A stretch of 37,787 nt of DNA, taken from IMG/VR virus record IMGVR_UViG_3300010376_000079, positions 1-37,787 of that record; one strand, 5' to 3'. Source of the DNA: a virus (taxonomy: Duplodnaviria > Caudoviricetes). The notes beneath the pieces are model-generated. The model was not told the origin of the DNA. It saw only the letters and a program-made list of their open reading frames with translations, and ran no database searches. The position numbers and the translations under genes were made by a program. Shown piece by piece: positions 25,527 through 35,137 of the stretch. Each line of letters begins with the position of its first letter. Positions within the stretch are counted from its first letter, which is position 1.

Positions 25527-26279
25527 CTACCTTATTGGGGTTTCCCCGTTTTGCGCGAAGAAGCTCTTACGTTCCTCGCGCGACATGCTCATCAGGTCGT
25601 CGGCTTTCGAGATCGGGCGCTGGGGCTCCGTCGTCGGAGCGCGCACGCCACGCAGTGAGCCAGCGGCAGACGCGTCGCGCGAGCGGACGGCTGCGGGGGA
25701 CGGAGGCGGTGATGCGGACGGCTGACCCCCGAATTGCCCTCCGGGCGCGCCACCCTCCGTCCCACCACCCGCGCCGGCGATCTTCTCGTAGTTGTTGGCG
25801 ACCGCGATCCGGTAGGCGACGTCCGGGGGGATGTAGCGACCGGCCTGGATCTCGGCGCGCCGGACCTTCGAGATCTCGTTAAAGAGTTGGTCGGCGTGCG
25901 GGTAGGCGTCCACGTCGCGCAGCATATGGAGTTGCGCGATGTCGTCGGCCTGGGAGCGGATGATCGAGAGCACCTCGGCAGCAGCCTGGCCGATGTAGGC
26001 TTGCAAGAATGGGACGATCAAGTCCCCGTTCTTCTCGATCTCCTGATCGGAGAGGCCGAAGCCGGCGATCTGCTGGCGGAGGTTCTCGGGGATGGCGTAG
26101 CGTTTGCCGGGAGGGAGGGGCGGCGGACCTTGCGGTTGCTGCGGCGGACGGGCGACGGCGTTGAGCGTCTCCTCCATCCGGGCGAGCCGCTCGTTGGCGG
26201 CGGTGATCTGGGTGTCACGTTCGCGGATGGCGGCGAGGAGCTCCTCGTTCCCTTGCGCCGGAGCCGGGGTATCAGCCAT
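25527..26279 (-). CDS. Capsid scaffolding protein
   Basis: Directly upstream of the capsid gene. N-terminal coiled coil and C-terminal DLMSMSREER..F helix. Confidence 0.7.
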   Translation of the reverse strand: MADTPAPAQGNEELLAAIRERDTQITAANERLARMEETLNAVARPPQQPQGPPPLPPGKRYAIPENLRQQIAGFGLSDQEIEKNGDLIVPFLQAYIGQAAAEVLSIIRSQADDIAQLHMLRDVDAYPHADQLFNEISKVRRAEIQAGRYIPPDVAYRIAVANNYEKIAGAGGGTEGGAPGGQFGGQPSASPPPSPAAVRSRDASAAGSLRGVRAPTTEPQRPISKADDLMSMSREERKSFFAQNGETPIR

Positions 26280-26281
26280 GA

Positions 26282-26617
26282 CTACCTACCTTCAAACGTA
26301 TGGACGTTTGGATTGTATTCGGGAGTTTCGTCTGTGGTCTGGGACGAGGCAGCCAGTTGGGTATATTGGAGAATCATTTGCGGGCCACCATGTAGCAGAA
26401 GCGTGAGTTGCTGAATAGCGCCCCAGCGCGTCTCGAGCGTCTCGAAGCCCTGGAGGGGCGCGCCCAAGAGGGCTTCGCGTTGCGCCTCCAAGCCGGCTCG
26501 CAGGCCAAGCCAGACGTCGGAGATCTCGATGGCGCGGAGGTGCGCCTGGGCGGTTTTGCCAAAGAGCGGGTGCTCGTCTTCGGGTTTCGGCTCGAGCTCG
26601 AAGCCACGCCGGAGCAT
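26282..26617 (-). CDS. Hypothetical protein
   Basis: RBS GGAGG. Lies between portal and scaffold. Confidence 0.65.
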   Translation of the reverse strand: MLRRGFELEPKPEDEHPLFGKTAQAHLRAIEISDVWLGLRAGLEAQREALLGAPLQGFETLETRWGAIQQLTLLLHGGPQMILQYTQLAASSQTTDETPEYNPNVHTFEGR

Positions 26618-26974
26618 TTACATGCCTCCCTTCGCGCCACGCGGCATCTTTCCGATCGCGGCCTTGGTCCGGGCGCCGAGTTTCGGGCGCTGGCCGATGG
26701 CGAGGCCACAGACTCCGGGCATCCGTCCGGGCTTCGGCGCCGGCGCCTTCGGGGCTTTCGGCCCCGGCATCCCGCCGCCGCCTTTCGCCATGGCGCCGCC
26801 GAGTGCCGCCCCGAGCGCGGCGAGCGGATTCACCGGGCGTCCGGGCGGGGCAGCGGGCGACGCGGTGCGGGTCGTCCCATCGGAGAGGGTCGCCATGCCG
26901 CCTCCGGGCTTCGGGCCGATCCCCGTCTTCCCGAGTTTCGGTGCCGCGCCTTTCTTGAAGCCCATCTTCGCCAT
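26618..26974 (-). CDS. Basic Lys/Gly/Pro/Ala-rich low-complexity protein
   Basis: RBS GGAG after the portal stop. Fills the gap exactly. Confidence 0.6.
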   Translation of the reverse strand: MAKMGFKKGAAPKLGKTGIGPKPGGGMATLSDGTTRTASPAAPPGRPVNPLAALGAALGGAMAKGGGGMPGPKAPKAPAPKPGRMPGVCGLAIGQRPKLGARTKAAIGKMPRGAKGGM

Positions 26975-26983
26975 CGGGGTCTC

Positions 26984-29287
26984 CTACTGCATGTTGGAAC
27001 GCGGCAGGCGACGCTGGAGGTCGCCCTCGTTGGTGGTCTGCGGGGGACGTCCGGGAGGCTCCGGCATCACGTTGCGCGACGGCGTCATCGAGCCCCCCGG
27101 CCCTGGCGGACCAGGAGGGCCAGCCGGGGGCGGCTGGTTGGGTCCACCGGGACCGGGAGGCTGGCCACCTTGCGCGGCTTGCTGCTGCGCCTGGAGCATC
27201 TGCTGTTGCTCTGCCATCTGCTTCATCGCGAACGATGCGGCGTGGCGCTGGATGTGCTGCATCAGGAGGACTTGGACGGGTTGCGGGAGCGCCATCCCGT
27301 CAGGCGACTGGAGATACATCCCGTGGACCTCGGCGTGCTTCGTGTCGTCGTCGATCGGGGAGACCGTCACCTCGTCGCCGCGTCCGATCTCAAAGAGCTG
27401 ATTCTCGATCTCCGGATCCACCGCGCGCGTCGGCTGGATGTCCTTGATGATCATCTCGGCTTCGCGGTCGCCAAAGCCGGTCGCCCAGATCTCGCGCAGC
27501 AGGTACTTCCAATCGACGCGGGCGTTGTCCATGGCGAGGAATTGAGGTGGTATCCTAGCCAGGATCTGGATGAAGTTGAGCATCTGCTGGACGCGGACGT
27601 TTTGGTTAAACGAGAAGGTCGAGCCGAGCCAGTCGAAGGAGTAGCCGCCGATCAGCGTGTCGCGCGTCACCTGGGTTTCCAAGACGAGGGCGCCATCGGC
27701 GCCGTCCACGCGCAGCGCGAGCTCGCGATCCAGACATTGCTGGAGGAGCGAGAACATCCACTCGAGCGACTCGTTCAGCACCCCTTGCTCTATATTCTCA
27801 ACTACATCTCTTACTTGCAGCAGAGCCTCGCCGCTGACGATGGACATCCCGGTCGCGGTCTGGACGGCTCTGCCTCGAGCGCGGCCCGAGGTCTGGAGGC
27901 CGGCACCGCCGAACGGGGCGACGTTCGCGGCGTCGTTCATCATGGCGACCAGGAAATTGATGACCTGGATCCCCGCCATCGCGGAGTCCTTCGGCGGCTC
28001 GATGAAATTGATGCTCTCGCGTGGGTTCCTCACGAGCCATCTCGCCGCCGGCGCCATCCGGATCGAGTCCGGGAATTGGACGGCGTTCGAGTCCATCGCG
28101 ACGATCGGATTCAGGGCGAAGACCAGGCCATCGCCGGTCTGGTTCATGGTATCATTCATGAAATACTGGAAGTGATCGAGGAGGAAGCAGACGCCGTAGC
28201 CCCAGAATTCGTTTTGCATCTCGCAGAATTTGGCGGCGAGGTAGGGCGGCTGCTGCTTCCACCACGGATTCTGGCGGCAATGGACGAGCGTGTCGTCGCC
28301 GCAGACCCAGAGTTGCCACCATTGCGGGACGTCGGGGGGCGGGTAGGCGTCGTTCTCGTCCGCCGAATCCGCACCGGACGCGTCCACACTACCATACCAA
28401 TATAGCTTGGTAAAGTCCATGGGGCGCTTCGGGTCGTCGGAGGGCTTCTCGGCGCGCGACTGGAGTCCCCGGACCTGGAGGCGGATCTGCTCTGCCTGGA
28501 ATTTGTCGCCGGCCCCGGGTGCCGTCGCCTGGCCCCCCTGGCGCAGTTGCTTGACGCCTTGCCAATTCTCGACCTGATTCCCGAGCTCCGGGCGATCCTC
28601 GTCGATCGGCGTGTCCGCCATCCGCTCGAGCGCGTCCCAATTGATGAGCATGTCCTCAAAGAGGAGCTCGCAGTCGTAGGTGTATTGGGGCGTGTAGGGA
28701 TAGACGTAGAACAGGAAGGGATCGACGACGCGCATCGTCGGGCCGATGTAGCGGACGACCTTCTTGATGCCCTCTTGGATGTCGCTCTTGCCGGTGTCCG
28801 GGTTGGCGACGGCGATGAGGGATGGGACGTCGCGCTCATCCAGCTTCCACCCCATCTCGACGATCGAGGTGCCGAAGATGCAGAGGTTTCGCAAAAAGCC
28901 GGGGAAGATCCCGGTGATCTTGATCTGCTCCCGCATCAGCTTCATCAGGAGCTCGTGGACGACGACGCCGCGCTCCAAGTTGGTCGTCGAGTCGGGGACG
29001 TTCTTGAACCATTTCCCCGAGTCGGGGAAGATGTCGGCTCTGAGCTTTTGTACCCAGTTTTCTATGATACGGTGCGAGATTGGCAGGTACATACGTAACC
29101 TACCGTGATAGGCTTGTTCGGTCCCTCGGAGCGCCCACTGGTTGTAGTAGCGGAGCCATTGCGGACGGATGACGTTGTTCTTCTCCGAGCGAACCTGGAT
29201 GACGAGCGGGGAGAGTGTCTTCTTGAACCAATTCCGGACGCTCGCCTTCTTCGCGAGATTCGGAGAGAGGACCAGTTGATCGCTCAT
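26984..29287 (-). CDS. Portal protein
   Basis: 767 aa. VDPFLFYVYP, NPWW...PY, WGYG, Q...N...N...D, TATG.S and a Gln/Pro-rich tail, all typical of podovirus portals. Confidence 0.88.
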   Translation of the reverse strand: MSDQLVLSPNLAKKASVRNWFKKTLSPLVIQVRSEKNNVIRPQWLRYYNQWALRGTEQAYHGRLRMYLPISHRIIENWVQKLRADIFPDSGKWFKNVPDSTTNLERGVVVHELLMKLMREQIKITGIFPGFLRNLCIFGTSIVEMGWKLDERDVPSLIAVANPDTGKSDIQEGIKKVVRYIGPTMRVVDPFLFYVYPYTPQYTYDCELLFEDMLINWDALERMADTPIDEDRPELGNQVENWQGVKQLRQGGQATAPGAGDKFQAEQIRLQVRGLQSRAEKPSDDPKRPMDFTKLYWYGSVDASGADSADENDAYPPPDVPQWWQLWVCGDDTLVHCRQNPWWKQQPPYLAAKFCEMQNEFWGYGVCFLLDHFQYFMNDTMNQTGDGLVFALNPIVAMDSNAVQFPDSIRMAPAARWLVRNPRESINFIEPPKDSAMAGIQVINFLVAMMNDAANVAPFGGAGLQTSGRARGRAVQTATGMSIVSGEALLQVRDVVENIEQGVLNESLEWMFSLLQQCLDRELALRVDGADGALVLETQVTRDTLIGGYSFDWLGSTFSFNQNVRVQQMLNFIQILARIPPQFLAMDNARVDWKYLLREIWATGFGDREAEMIIKDIQPTRAVDPEIENQLFEIGRGDEVTVSPIDDDTKHAEVHGMYLQSPDGMALPQPVQVLLMQHIQRHAASFAMKQMAEQQQMLQAQQQAAQGGQPPGPGGPNQPPPAGPPGPPGPGGSMTPSRNVMPEPPGRPPQTTNEGDLQRRLPRSNMQ
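27786..27816. other. In-frame AT-rich codon patch in the portal gene
   Basis: CAA GTA AGA GAT GTA GTT GAG AAT ATA GAG CAA. Confidence 0.75.
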
Positions 29288-30018
29288 CGGAGTTGGAGCA
29301 CCTGGATCTGGCCGAATGCCCAGGTGAGGGAGACGGTCGCGTTGGTGGTCGTCATCGCGACGGCGAGGTCCCAGCGCGCGGCGCCCACGGGGGCAGGCGG
29401 CTTCGCGACCCGGACGATGGTGAGCGGGATGTAGAAGAAGCCGGCCTTGGTGAGCGTGTAGGCGAGATTGCGCGTCTGCTGGAGTTGGCCCGGAGGATCA
29501 CCTCGGTAGAGCCCCACGTTCCAGGCGATATTCTGGGCGGTGCCAGGGTCCGTGTTGAGGCCGACCTGGAAGGAAACGTTGGCGAAGACGAGATCCCAGC
29601 GCGTCGGTTCTTCGGTCGCGTCGGTGGCACACGTACAGAGTTGCTGCTGGGTCGTGATGGTGGTCGTGATGGTGCCGTTGCCCGGGGTGCCGACCCAGGC
29701 GCCCTGGACGGTGGCGGCAGGGGGGAGGGCGGCGGGATTGAGCGAGCCGGCAGGGAGAATGATCGAATGGCCGACGTTCAGATCGGAGGTCTGGAGGGAC
29801 GTGATGGCGCCGGTCGGAGCCTGAAGCTGGCCAGCGGTGAGGATGCCAGCGATGGACGCGTTGCCGGTGACGTCGAGATCGCCCTGGACCTGGAGGTTGC
29901 CGGGGATGATCGTCGCCACGGCCATCGTGCCGAGGAGCGCGTCGATCTTCTGCCAATTCGCGTTTTCGGCAGCGTCCTGGCCGAGCGAGAGGTGGAGATT
30001 AGGCGTCTGGTCGGGCAA
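29284..30018 (-). CDS. Fibre/spike paralogue
   Basis: TTG start after RBS GAGGAGGGG. N-terminal QTPNLHLSLGQDAAENANWQKID, then GNLQVQGDLDVTGN repeats and a beta-rich head. Confidence 0.7.
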   Translation of the reverse strand: MPDQTPNLHLSLGQDAAENANWQKIDALLGTMAVATIIPGNLQVQGDLDVTGNASIAGILTAGQLQAPTGAITSLQTSDLNVGHSIILPAGSLNPAALPPAATVQGAWVGTPGNGTITTTITTQQQLCTCATDATEEPTRWDLVFANVSFQVGLNTDPGTAQNIAWNVGLYRGDPPGQLQQTRNLAYTLTKAGFFYIPLTIVRVAKPPAPVGAARWDLAVAMTTTNATVSLTWAFGQIQVLQLR

Positions 30019-30223
30019 CGCCGTTCCCCTCCTCAAGCGTCATCGCGGCCTTCGCGATCTCCTCGTTTGCACGCGCCAGGTCTTCCAGGGCGAGGATGGC
30101 GCCTTCGAGTTGGTTCGTGCCGGCCTTGGCGAGCTCCAAGGCGCGCTCGAGCTCCGCGACGCGGCCCTTCTGGGTCGAGAGTTGGGTGCGGTAGGTCTCG
30201 AGCTTGGATTGAATGTCTACCAT
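29999..30223 (-). CDS. Small coiled-coil protein, possibly a fibre chaperone
   Basis: Heptad pattern and location among the fibre genes. Confidence 0.6.
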   Translation of the reverse strand: MVDIQSKLETYRTQLSTQKGRVAELERALELAKAGTNQLEGAILALEDLARANEEIAKAAMTLEEGNGVARPDA

Positions 30224-30402
30224 GTTGTTTTCTCTTTCCAGGCTTGGCGACAGGCGTCGCTGTCGAAATTGAGGACGGTGTAGGCGTCATCGGCGCCGAC
30301 CGAGGGCTGGGCCGAGGTGTAATAGGCTTCGGTGACCTGGATGCGGACCCAGCCGGTCGGGTCCTCGGATTCCGTCCCGCAGCCGTGGCAGATGTAGGGC
30401 AT
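30217..30402 (-). CDS. Small Cys-containing protein (TRASH/YHS-like)
   Basis: CHGC...FDSDACRQAW. RBS GGAGG. Confidence 0.55.
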   Translation of the reverse strand: MPYICHGCGTESEDPTGWVRIQVTEAYYTSAQPSVGADDAYTVLNFDSDACRQAWKEKTTW

Positions 30403-30403
30403 C

Positions 30404-31771
30404 CTAGCCTCCGATCTCGCACATGCGGAGCGTCCCCGAATTGGACGCCGTGCCGTTGATGCTCCCGCTTGTCCCGGCCCCCATCCAGACTTGGTACTTG
30501 TACGTGTGGGCGCCAGCGGCGGGATAGTCGATCCAGGTGAAGGCGACGAGGGGCGTCACGACCGCGCCGCCCATGTTGCGCGGGATCTCTGCGATCGTGC
30601 CGCCGTCGCGGAGCAAATACTGATCGACGAGCACGTTCCCGCTCGCGCCGAGTTGGATATAGGAGAGGTTCATGTTGACGGTGATGATGACCGGGCCACC
30701 CTTGGTCGTGATAGTCTGAGAGATCACGTCCATGGGAGTCCCATAGCTATTGTAGGTGCCTCCTGTCTGGGCAGCGGCGTTGGTGGCGCCGTTCAAGCCC
30801 GGGGCGTTGTACTTGCCGGTGATGGTCAAGTTGCCGCCGCTGGAGAGGGAGAGCGGGACCGAGGATGCCCAGGTCGTCGGTGCCCACCGCTGGATTTGAA
30901 AGAGATCGCTCGCGGTGTGGAAATACGCTGCCCACCCAGCAACCGTCTGGTCATCGCCCGCCCACGCGCCGCCCCACATGGCGTTGGCGGTGATGCCGTA
31001 CCACCCGGGAGCACCCGCCAGACCGCCGACGCGCATCTTCTGGGTATCGACGCCGAGCTTGAGCGCCATGCGGTCCGTCGCAACGGTGCTGATCGGACCA
31101 GGGATCGTCAGCCGACCCGCGTTGTCGAGGACCAGGAAATTCGTGTAGCTGCCCCCTGCCGCGACGTGCGCCACGCTCCAGTTGTCCGCGTTGACGTTCA
31201 GGAGTTGCTGCCACGCGGGCTTCGTGCCGTCGTCCACCGTGCCGCTCGACGGGTCACGATTGACCGAGAGCGAGAGCCAGGTATTCGGCTGGCTGTTGTC
31301 GGTCTGGATCCGTCCCTTGATCGTGTTCGCGCCGAAGATGTGCGGGACGATCGCGCTGGCGGCTCCGGGCGTGTAGAGGACCTTGGTCGCGTCGGTCGGC
31401 TGGAGGAAGGCACCGGAGATGGTCCAGGGCTGGGAGGTTACTGGTAAGCCTGTTATAATGCCAGTCTTATCAATAACTACACTATCGACGCCTTCGATGT
31501 TGATGACGAGGCGGGTCGGGTGCGTGGTGGGAGTCCAGTCGGCGGTCGCCTCGGCGCGGAGTTGGGCACCCTGGGTCGCGAGCGCGTTCGGATCGAAGCC
31601 GAGCCAGACGAGTTGGCCGAGTTGGTCGCCGGAGAGGATCCCATCGGTGGCCGGGAAGCCCGAGTGCGCGCGGCGCCAGCGGGATTCGGGGACCGGCGTC
31701 CCGGCATTCCCGGTCGCACAGGTGCCTTCGGCTTCGAGCGCGTAGGGGTAGTGCTGGTAGGTGATGGGCAT
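30404..31771 (-). CDS. Tail fibre / receptor-binding protein
   Basis: L.LD..G.L.I repeats and a C-terminal ITTKGGPV...D.PAAG..TYK domain. Confidence 0.75.
   Translation of the reverse strand: MPITYQHYPYALEAEGTCATGNAGTPVPESRWRRAHSGFPATDGILSGDQLGQLVWLGFDPNALATQGAQLRAEATADWTPTTHPTRLVINIEGVDSVVIDKTGIITGLPVTSQPWTISGAFLQPTDATKVLYTPGAASAIVPHIFGANTIKGRIQTDNSQPNTWLSLSVNRDPSSGTVDDGTKPAWQQLLNVNADNWSVAHVAAGGSYTNFLVLDNAGRLTIPGPISTVATDRMALKLGVDTQKMRVGGLAGAPGWYGITANAMWGGAWAGDDQTVAGWAAYFHTASDLFQIQRWAPTTWASSVPLSLSSGGNLTITGKYNAPGLNGATNAAAQTGGTYNSYGTPMDVISQTITTKGGPVIITVNMNLSYIQLGASGNVLVDQYLLRDGGTIAEIPRNMGGAVVTPLVAFTWIDYPAAGAHTYKYQVWMGAGTSGSINGTASNSGTLRMCEIGG
31437..31485. other. In-frame AT-rich codon patch in a fibre gene
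   Basis: GAT AGT GTA GTT ATT GAT AAG ACT GGC ATT ATA ACA GGC TTA CCA GTA. Confidence 0.8.
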
Positions 31772-31785
31772 CTGCGTTTACCGGA
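31771..31785. repeat. 15-bp exact repeat, copy 2 (TCTGCGTTTACCGGA)
   Basis: Spans the long-fibre stop and the next gene's start. Identical to 24164-24178. Confidence 0.7.
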
Positions 31786-34429
31786 GTTGCCCCGCCTCGA
31801 AGAATTGGGCGTAGGCGGTCATCACGTTCCCGGCGTTCGAGGTGTCGTACTGGCCCTGAACGTTCAGTTGCGCGCTCGAGCTCGATTGGAGGGATGCGAC
31901 CCCGCCGCGCGACATGTAGCAGACCGTCACGCCGGCGGTGGCTTGCGTCGCGGGATCGGTCGTCAGCCACATCTTGACGGTGTAGTAGGACTGACCGAGA
32001 TAGAAAAGGATGTCAACGTCAAGGAAGAAATTGGCATTGGCCCAGGAGACGGCGCCCGAGGGCCAGGTGAAGATGGTGACCGGGGCAGAGGCGAGTCCCC
32101 AGAGCACGTTCAGGGTGACCTGGCCCGCAGCGCGGGCGATCGAGCCGTGGAGGGTGAAATGGTAGTGGCGCGTCACGGCGATGCCGCCCGAGGGCCACGG
32201 CCAATTCATCGCCCGGAGGTTGAAGGCGGTCGTCGAGGAGGCGCCACCGGTGTTCGATTGCGCGTCGCCCTTTCCGTGGACGAGCCAGGAGGGATACCCG
32301 GCGCCGATGCCCGTCTGGCCGACGAATTCGGCAAACAGGCATTGGATGTTGTCGAGTTGACTGCCGGAGCCTTGATGATTCAGGACGAAGATCTGTGCGG
32401 GGGAGCCGCCACCGTACCAGTTGTAGAAGCCGACGTTGTGATTGCCGGCTTGCTGGTTGGCGGCGAGGAGCCAGTCTTCCGTCGTCCCGCACACCATGTG
32501 GAAGGCAGCGAGTTGGTTGACACCGGGGTTGGTGGAGGCGACCCGGATCTCGGTGACGCCGTTCGTCACTTGGTTGGCGGAGTAGGCGTAGAAGCGGAGA
32601 TCGTTGACCGTCCCCGCCGGCGTGGTGGTGGTGCCGAGATAGACAGCTTTGCCGATGGTGACCGGGTGAATCGAGGTGGCGTCTTCGGCCCACGGCGAGG
32701 AGACACTCTGCCAGCCGTCGAGTTGGACCCAGGCGCCCGCGACGCGTCCGAGGAAATGGCCCCCCTGGTACTGGAGGGTGCCGTCCTTCGCGGCGAGGGC
32801 CGAGGCGACCATGATGCCACCGGTCGCGAGCTCGAGCCGTTCGGTCGCGACGGCGTTGTCGCCAAAGCGCCAGAGTCCGCCGGCGGTGAAATTGGCAAGG
32901 CAACTTGCCGAGTCCTGCGGCTTGAACCACATCCCCTGTGCCGCGACGTTGATCCAGAGGAGGTTGTCGTCGGCGGAGATGCCGGTGCGGCGCTGGATGG
33001 CAGGGAAGGTAGAATGCCTGAATGTGATGGTGTCGGAGGGGCACTGGAAGGCGATGCCGTAGTTGGCGATCGGGGGCGCGGGGACGAGGGCGTTGTTCGC
33101 GTCGTCCTCGGCCCAGAGGCCGGTGGCGGCGGCTCCGGGGATGTCCACCCAGGCGCCCCCGACGCGGCCCTGGAAGCCAGTCCCCGTATACTGGAGCGTA
33201 CCATCGAGCGGCGAGACGGCGCGTGAGGCGGCGATGACGACGGCGCCGGCGACCCGCAGCATCTCCGGGACGGGGGCGACGGCGGTGCCGATCGAGAGCC
33301 CGGGTTGCGTGAAGCCGGTGCCGGGGATGGCGACCATGCCGTCAGCGGTGGCGAGGAGCGCGTATTGCGGAGCACCGGTCGCCAGCGGGGTGATGGCGAG
33401 ATACCAGTTGGTGCCTTGGTGCGTACCGGACGTCCACGCTTCGGCAGCGTTCACTTGTTCGGTAAACGCGGTGGTCCCGATCGCCGGCATGACGTCGCGC
33501 CGGTAGAGTTGCATCCCGGAGGTGACGCTCCCCATCGGCATCGACGTCTTCACCGTGGACGGCGTCCCGAGGGTCCCGGAGGCGATGGTCAAGGGACCGG
33601 TGATGACGGGATAGGTGCCTTTCTGGGGCTGGAGTTGCGCGCCGGTGTCGAGCCAGGGACCAAGGGTCGTCGGATCGGCCCACTTGGTGTCGAAGTCCGC
33701 TGCCGAATTCTTGATGAGCGCGAAGCCCGTGGCGCCACCGGTCGGCAGGCCGTTCAAGGCGGGAACGTTGTCGAGTTGCTGCCACGCGGTGCCATCGTAG
33801 CCCCGGAAGTGCTTGGTCGCGGAGTTGTAGTCGAGGGCGCCGGCGACGAGACCACCGGACCAGCCGCCGAGGAGGACGCCGAGGGTGGCGGAGAGGCGCA
33901 GTTGGGCGGTGATCTGGGACGCGTTCATCAGGAGCCATGGGAGTCCCGAGGCGCCGTAGAGCTCGAGCGTCGCGCCGGCGCCTTGGCCGGCATAGAGCTT
34001 CAAGCTGTCGCCGGTGCCGACGAGATGCGGGGCGTTGGCCGAGAAGGGGCCGAGGGAGAGTGCCTTCGAGTCGGAGAGCTCGACGGCGGTGCCGGAGGGA
34101 TAGGGCTGGATGGCACCGGCGACGGAGCCGGCTTGCCAGTACTGGACGATGCTGCCGCCGGCGTTCGGTTGCCAGACCGGCACAAGGGACGGATTCAAGG
34201 TGAGCACGTCGCCCACGTTGCCGGGGAGCGGGAGGAGGCGAGCGACGATCGCCGGGTCGAGCATGTCGATCGTGATCATGCCCGGACCGATCAGATCCCC
34301 GATGAGCTTAGCTACTACTCTATAAAGCCTATCATCTATAATGGCCCAGTTACGATTCTCGGCAGCGTCCGAGCCGAGGTCCAGGTGGAGATAGGGGGTC
34401 TGGGTAGACCGATCGCCGTTCTCGCTCAT
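31778..34429 (-). CDS. Long tail fibre protein (883 aa)
   Basis: Start MSENGDRSTQTPYLHLDLG. Three G.L.Y...F.G...GAW repeats and LPTGG.TG..L.K.S..DFDT.W. Confidence 0.8.
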   Translation of the reverse strand: MSENGDRSTQTPYLHLDLGSDAAENRNWAIIDDRLYRVVAKLIGDLIGPGMITIDMLDPAIVARLLPLPGNVGDVLTLNPSLVPVWQPNAGGSIVQYWQAGSVAGAIQPYPSGTAVELSDSKALSLGPFSANAPHLVGTGDSLKLYAGQGAGATLELYGASGLPWLLMNASQITAQLRLSATLGVLLGGWSGGLVAGALDYNSATKHFRGYDGTAWQQLDNVPALNGLPTGGATGFALIKNSAADFDTKWADPTTLGPWLDTGAQLQPQKGTYPVITGPLTIASGTLGTPSTVKTSMPMGSVTSGMQLYRRDVMPAIGTTAFTEQVNAAEAWTSGTHQGTNWYLAITPLATGAPQYALLATADGMVAIPGTGFTQPGLSIGTAVAPVPEMLRVAGAVVIAASRAVSPLDGTLQYTGTGFQGRVGGAWVDIPGAAATGLWAEDDANNALVPAPPIANYGIAFQCPSDTITFRHSTFPAIQRRTGISADDNLLWINVAAQGMWFKPQDSASCLANFTAGGLWRFGDNAVATERLELATGGIMVASALAAKDGTLQYQGGHFLGRVAGAWVQLDGWQSVSSPWAEDATSIHPVTIGKAVYLGTTTTPAGTVNDLRFYAYSANQVTNGVTEIRVASTNPGVNQLAAFHMVCGTTEDWLLAANQQAGNHNVGFYNWYGGGSPAQIFVLNHQGSGSQLDNIQCLFAEFVGQTGIGAGYPSWLVHGKGDAQSNTGGASSTTAFNLRAMNWPWPSGGIAVTRHYHFTLHGSIARAAGQVTLNVLWGLASAPVTIFTWPSGAVSWANANFFLDVDILFYLGQSYYTVKMWLTTDPATQATAGVTVCYMSRGGVASLQSSSSAQLNVQGQYDTSNAGNVMTAYAQFFEAGQLR
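34308..34356. other. In-frame AT-rich codon patch in the long fibre gene
   Basis: ATT ATA GAT GAT AGG CTT TAT AGA GTA GTA GCT AAG. Confidence 0.8.
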
Positions 34430-34439
34430 GGGCACCCGC

Positions 34440-35135
34440 TCATGGGAGCTCGTAGCCCCAGGCCGCGCCGCCGTTCGAGACGACCGAGACGGCGGTCGAA
34501 GACGTCGCCACCATGAGATGGTAGGTGACGGTCTGCGCAGCGCGCTGGTCGAAGGCGAGGAGCGTCGGCATCGGGACCTGGACGACCGTGCCGCCGGTGT
34601 TGCCGGTGAGCGTGACGGCGGGTTGCTGGAGCCAGACGTCGGGCGGGTTGAGGGTCGCGACGCCCCAGCCGAGTCCCGCCCAGACGGCGGTGCCGGTCGG
34701 CTGCGCGGTAAACTGGATCTGGGCGCCCAGGGAGGCCGCGAGGAGGATCGGGCCACCGCGCGTCGTGATCGCAGGGAGCGCGAGCACCTCCTGCCACGTC
34801 GGGCCGGGGTTGTAGGTATGGGCGCCCGAGAGGATCTGCTGGGCGAGGGTGCGGGTCTTCAAGGCTGCGATGGTGAGCGAGCCGTTCGGAAGGGTGACGG
34901 GGCCATTCGGCACGGCGAGCCAGCCTTCGACGTCGAGCCCTTGGACATGGGTCGCGCCCGAGACATCCACATCGCCCGGGACCTGGAGCGGCGAGGGAAG
35001 CTGGAGCACGGAGCCCGGGAGGAAGGCGCGGGCGATCGTGTCGTCGAGGATCCACCAATTCTGGTTGAGCTCGTCGTAGGCGCCGAAGCGAAGCCGGAGC
35101 GTCGGGGTGCGCTGATCGAGGGTGGGTTCGGCCAT
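34440..35135 (-). CDS. Fibre/spike paralogue
   Basis: N-terminal RTPTLRLRFGAYDELNQNWWILD and C-terminal ITTRGGPILL domain. Confidence 0.7.
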   Translation of the reverse strand: MAEPTLDQRTPTLRLRFGAYDELNQNWWILDDTIARAFLPGSVLQLPSPLQVPGDVDVSGATHVQGLDVEGWLAVPNGPVTLPNGSLTIAALKTRTLAQQILSGAHTYNPGPTWQEVLALPAITTRGGPILLAASLGAQIQFTAQPTGTAVWAGLGWGVATLNPPDVWLQQPAVTLTGNTGGTVVQVPMPTLLAFDQRAAQTVTYHLMVATSSTAVSVVSNGGAAWGYELP

Positions 35136-35137
35136 GG

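Noticed and set aside
26408-28405. Long + strand ORFs opposite the late genes (665 aa here; also 17445-19205, 31520-33226, 16125-17441, 21651-22961)
   Set aside because: Shadow ORFs typical of high-GC coding DNA. They have no motifs or RBS, and the - strand encodes recognisable proteins.
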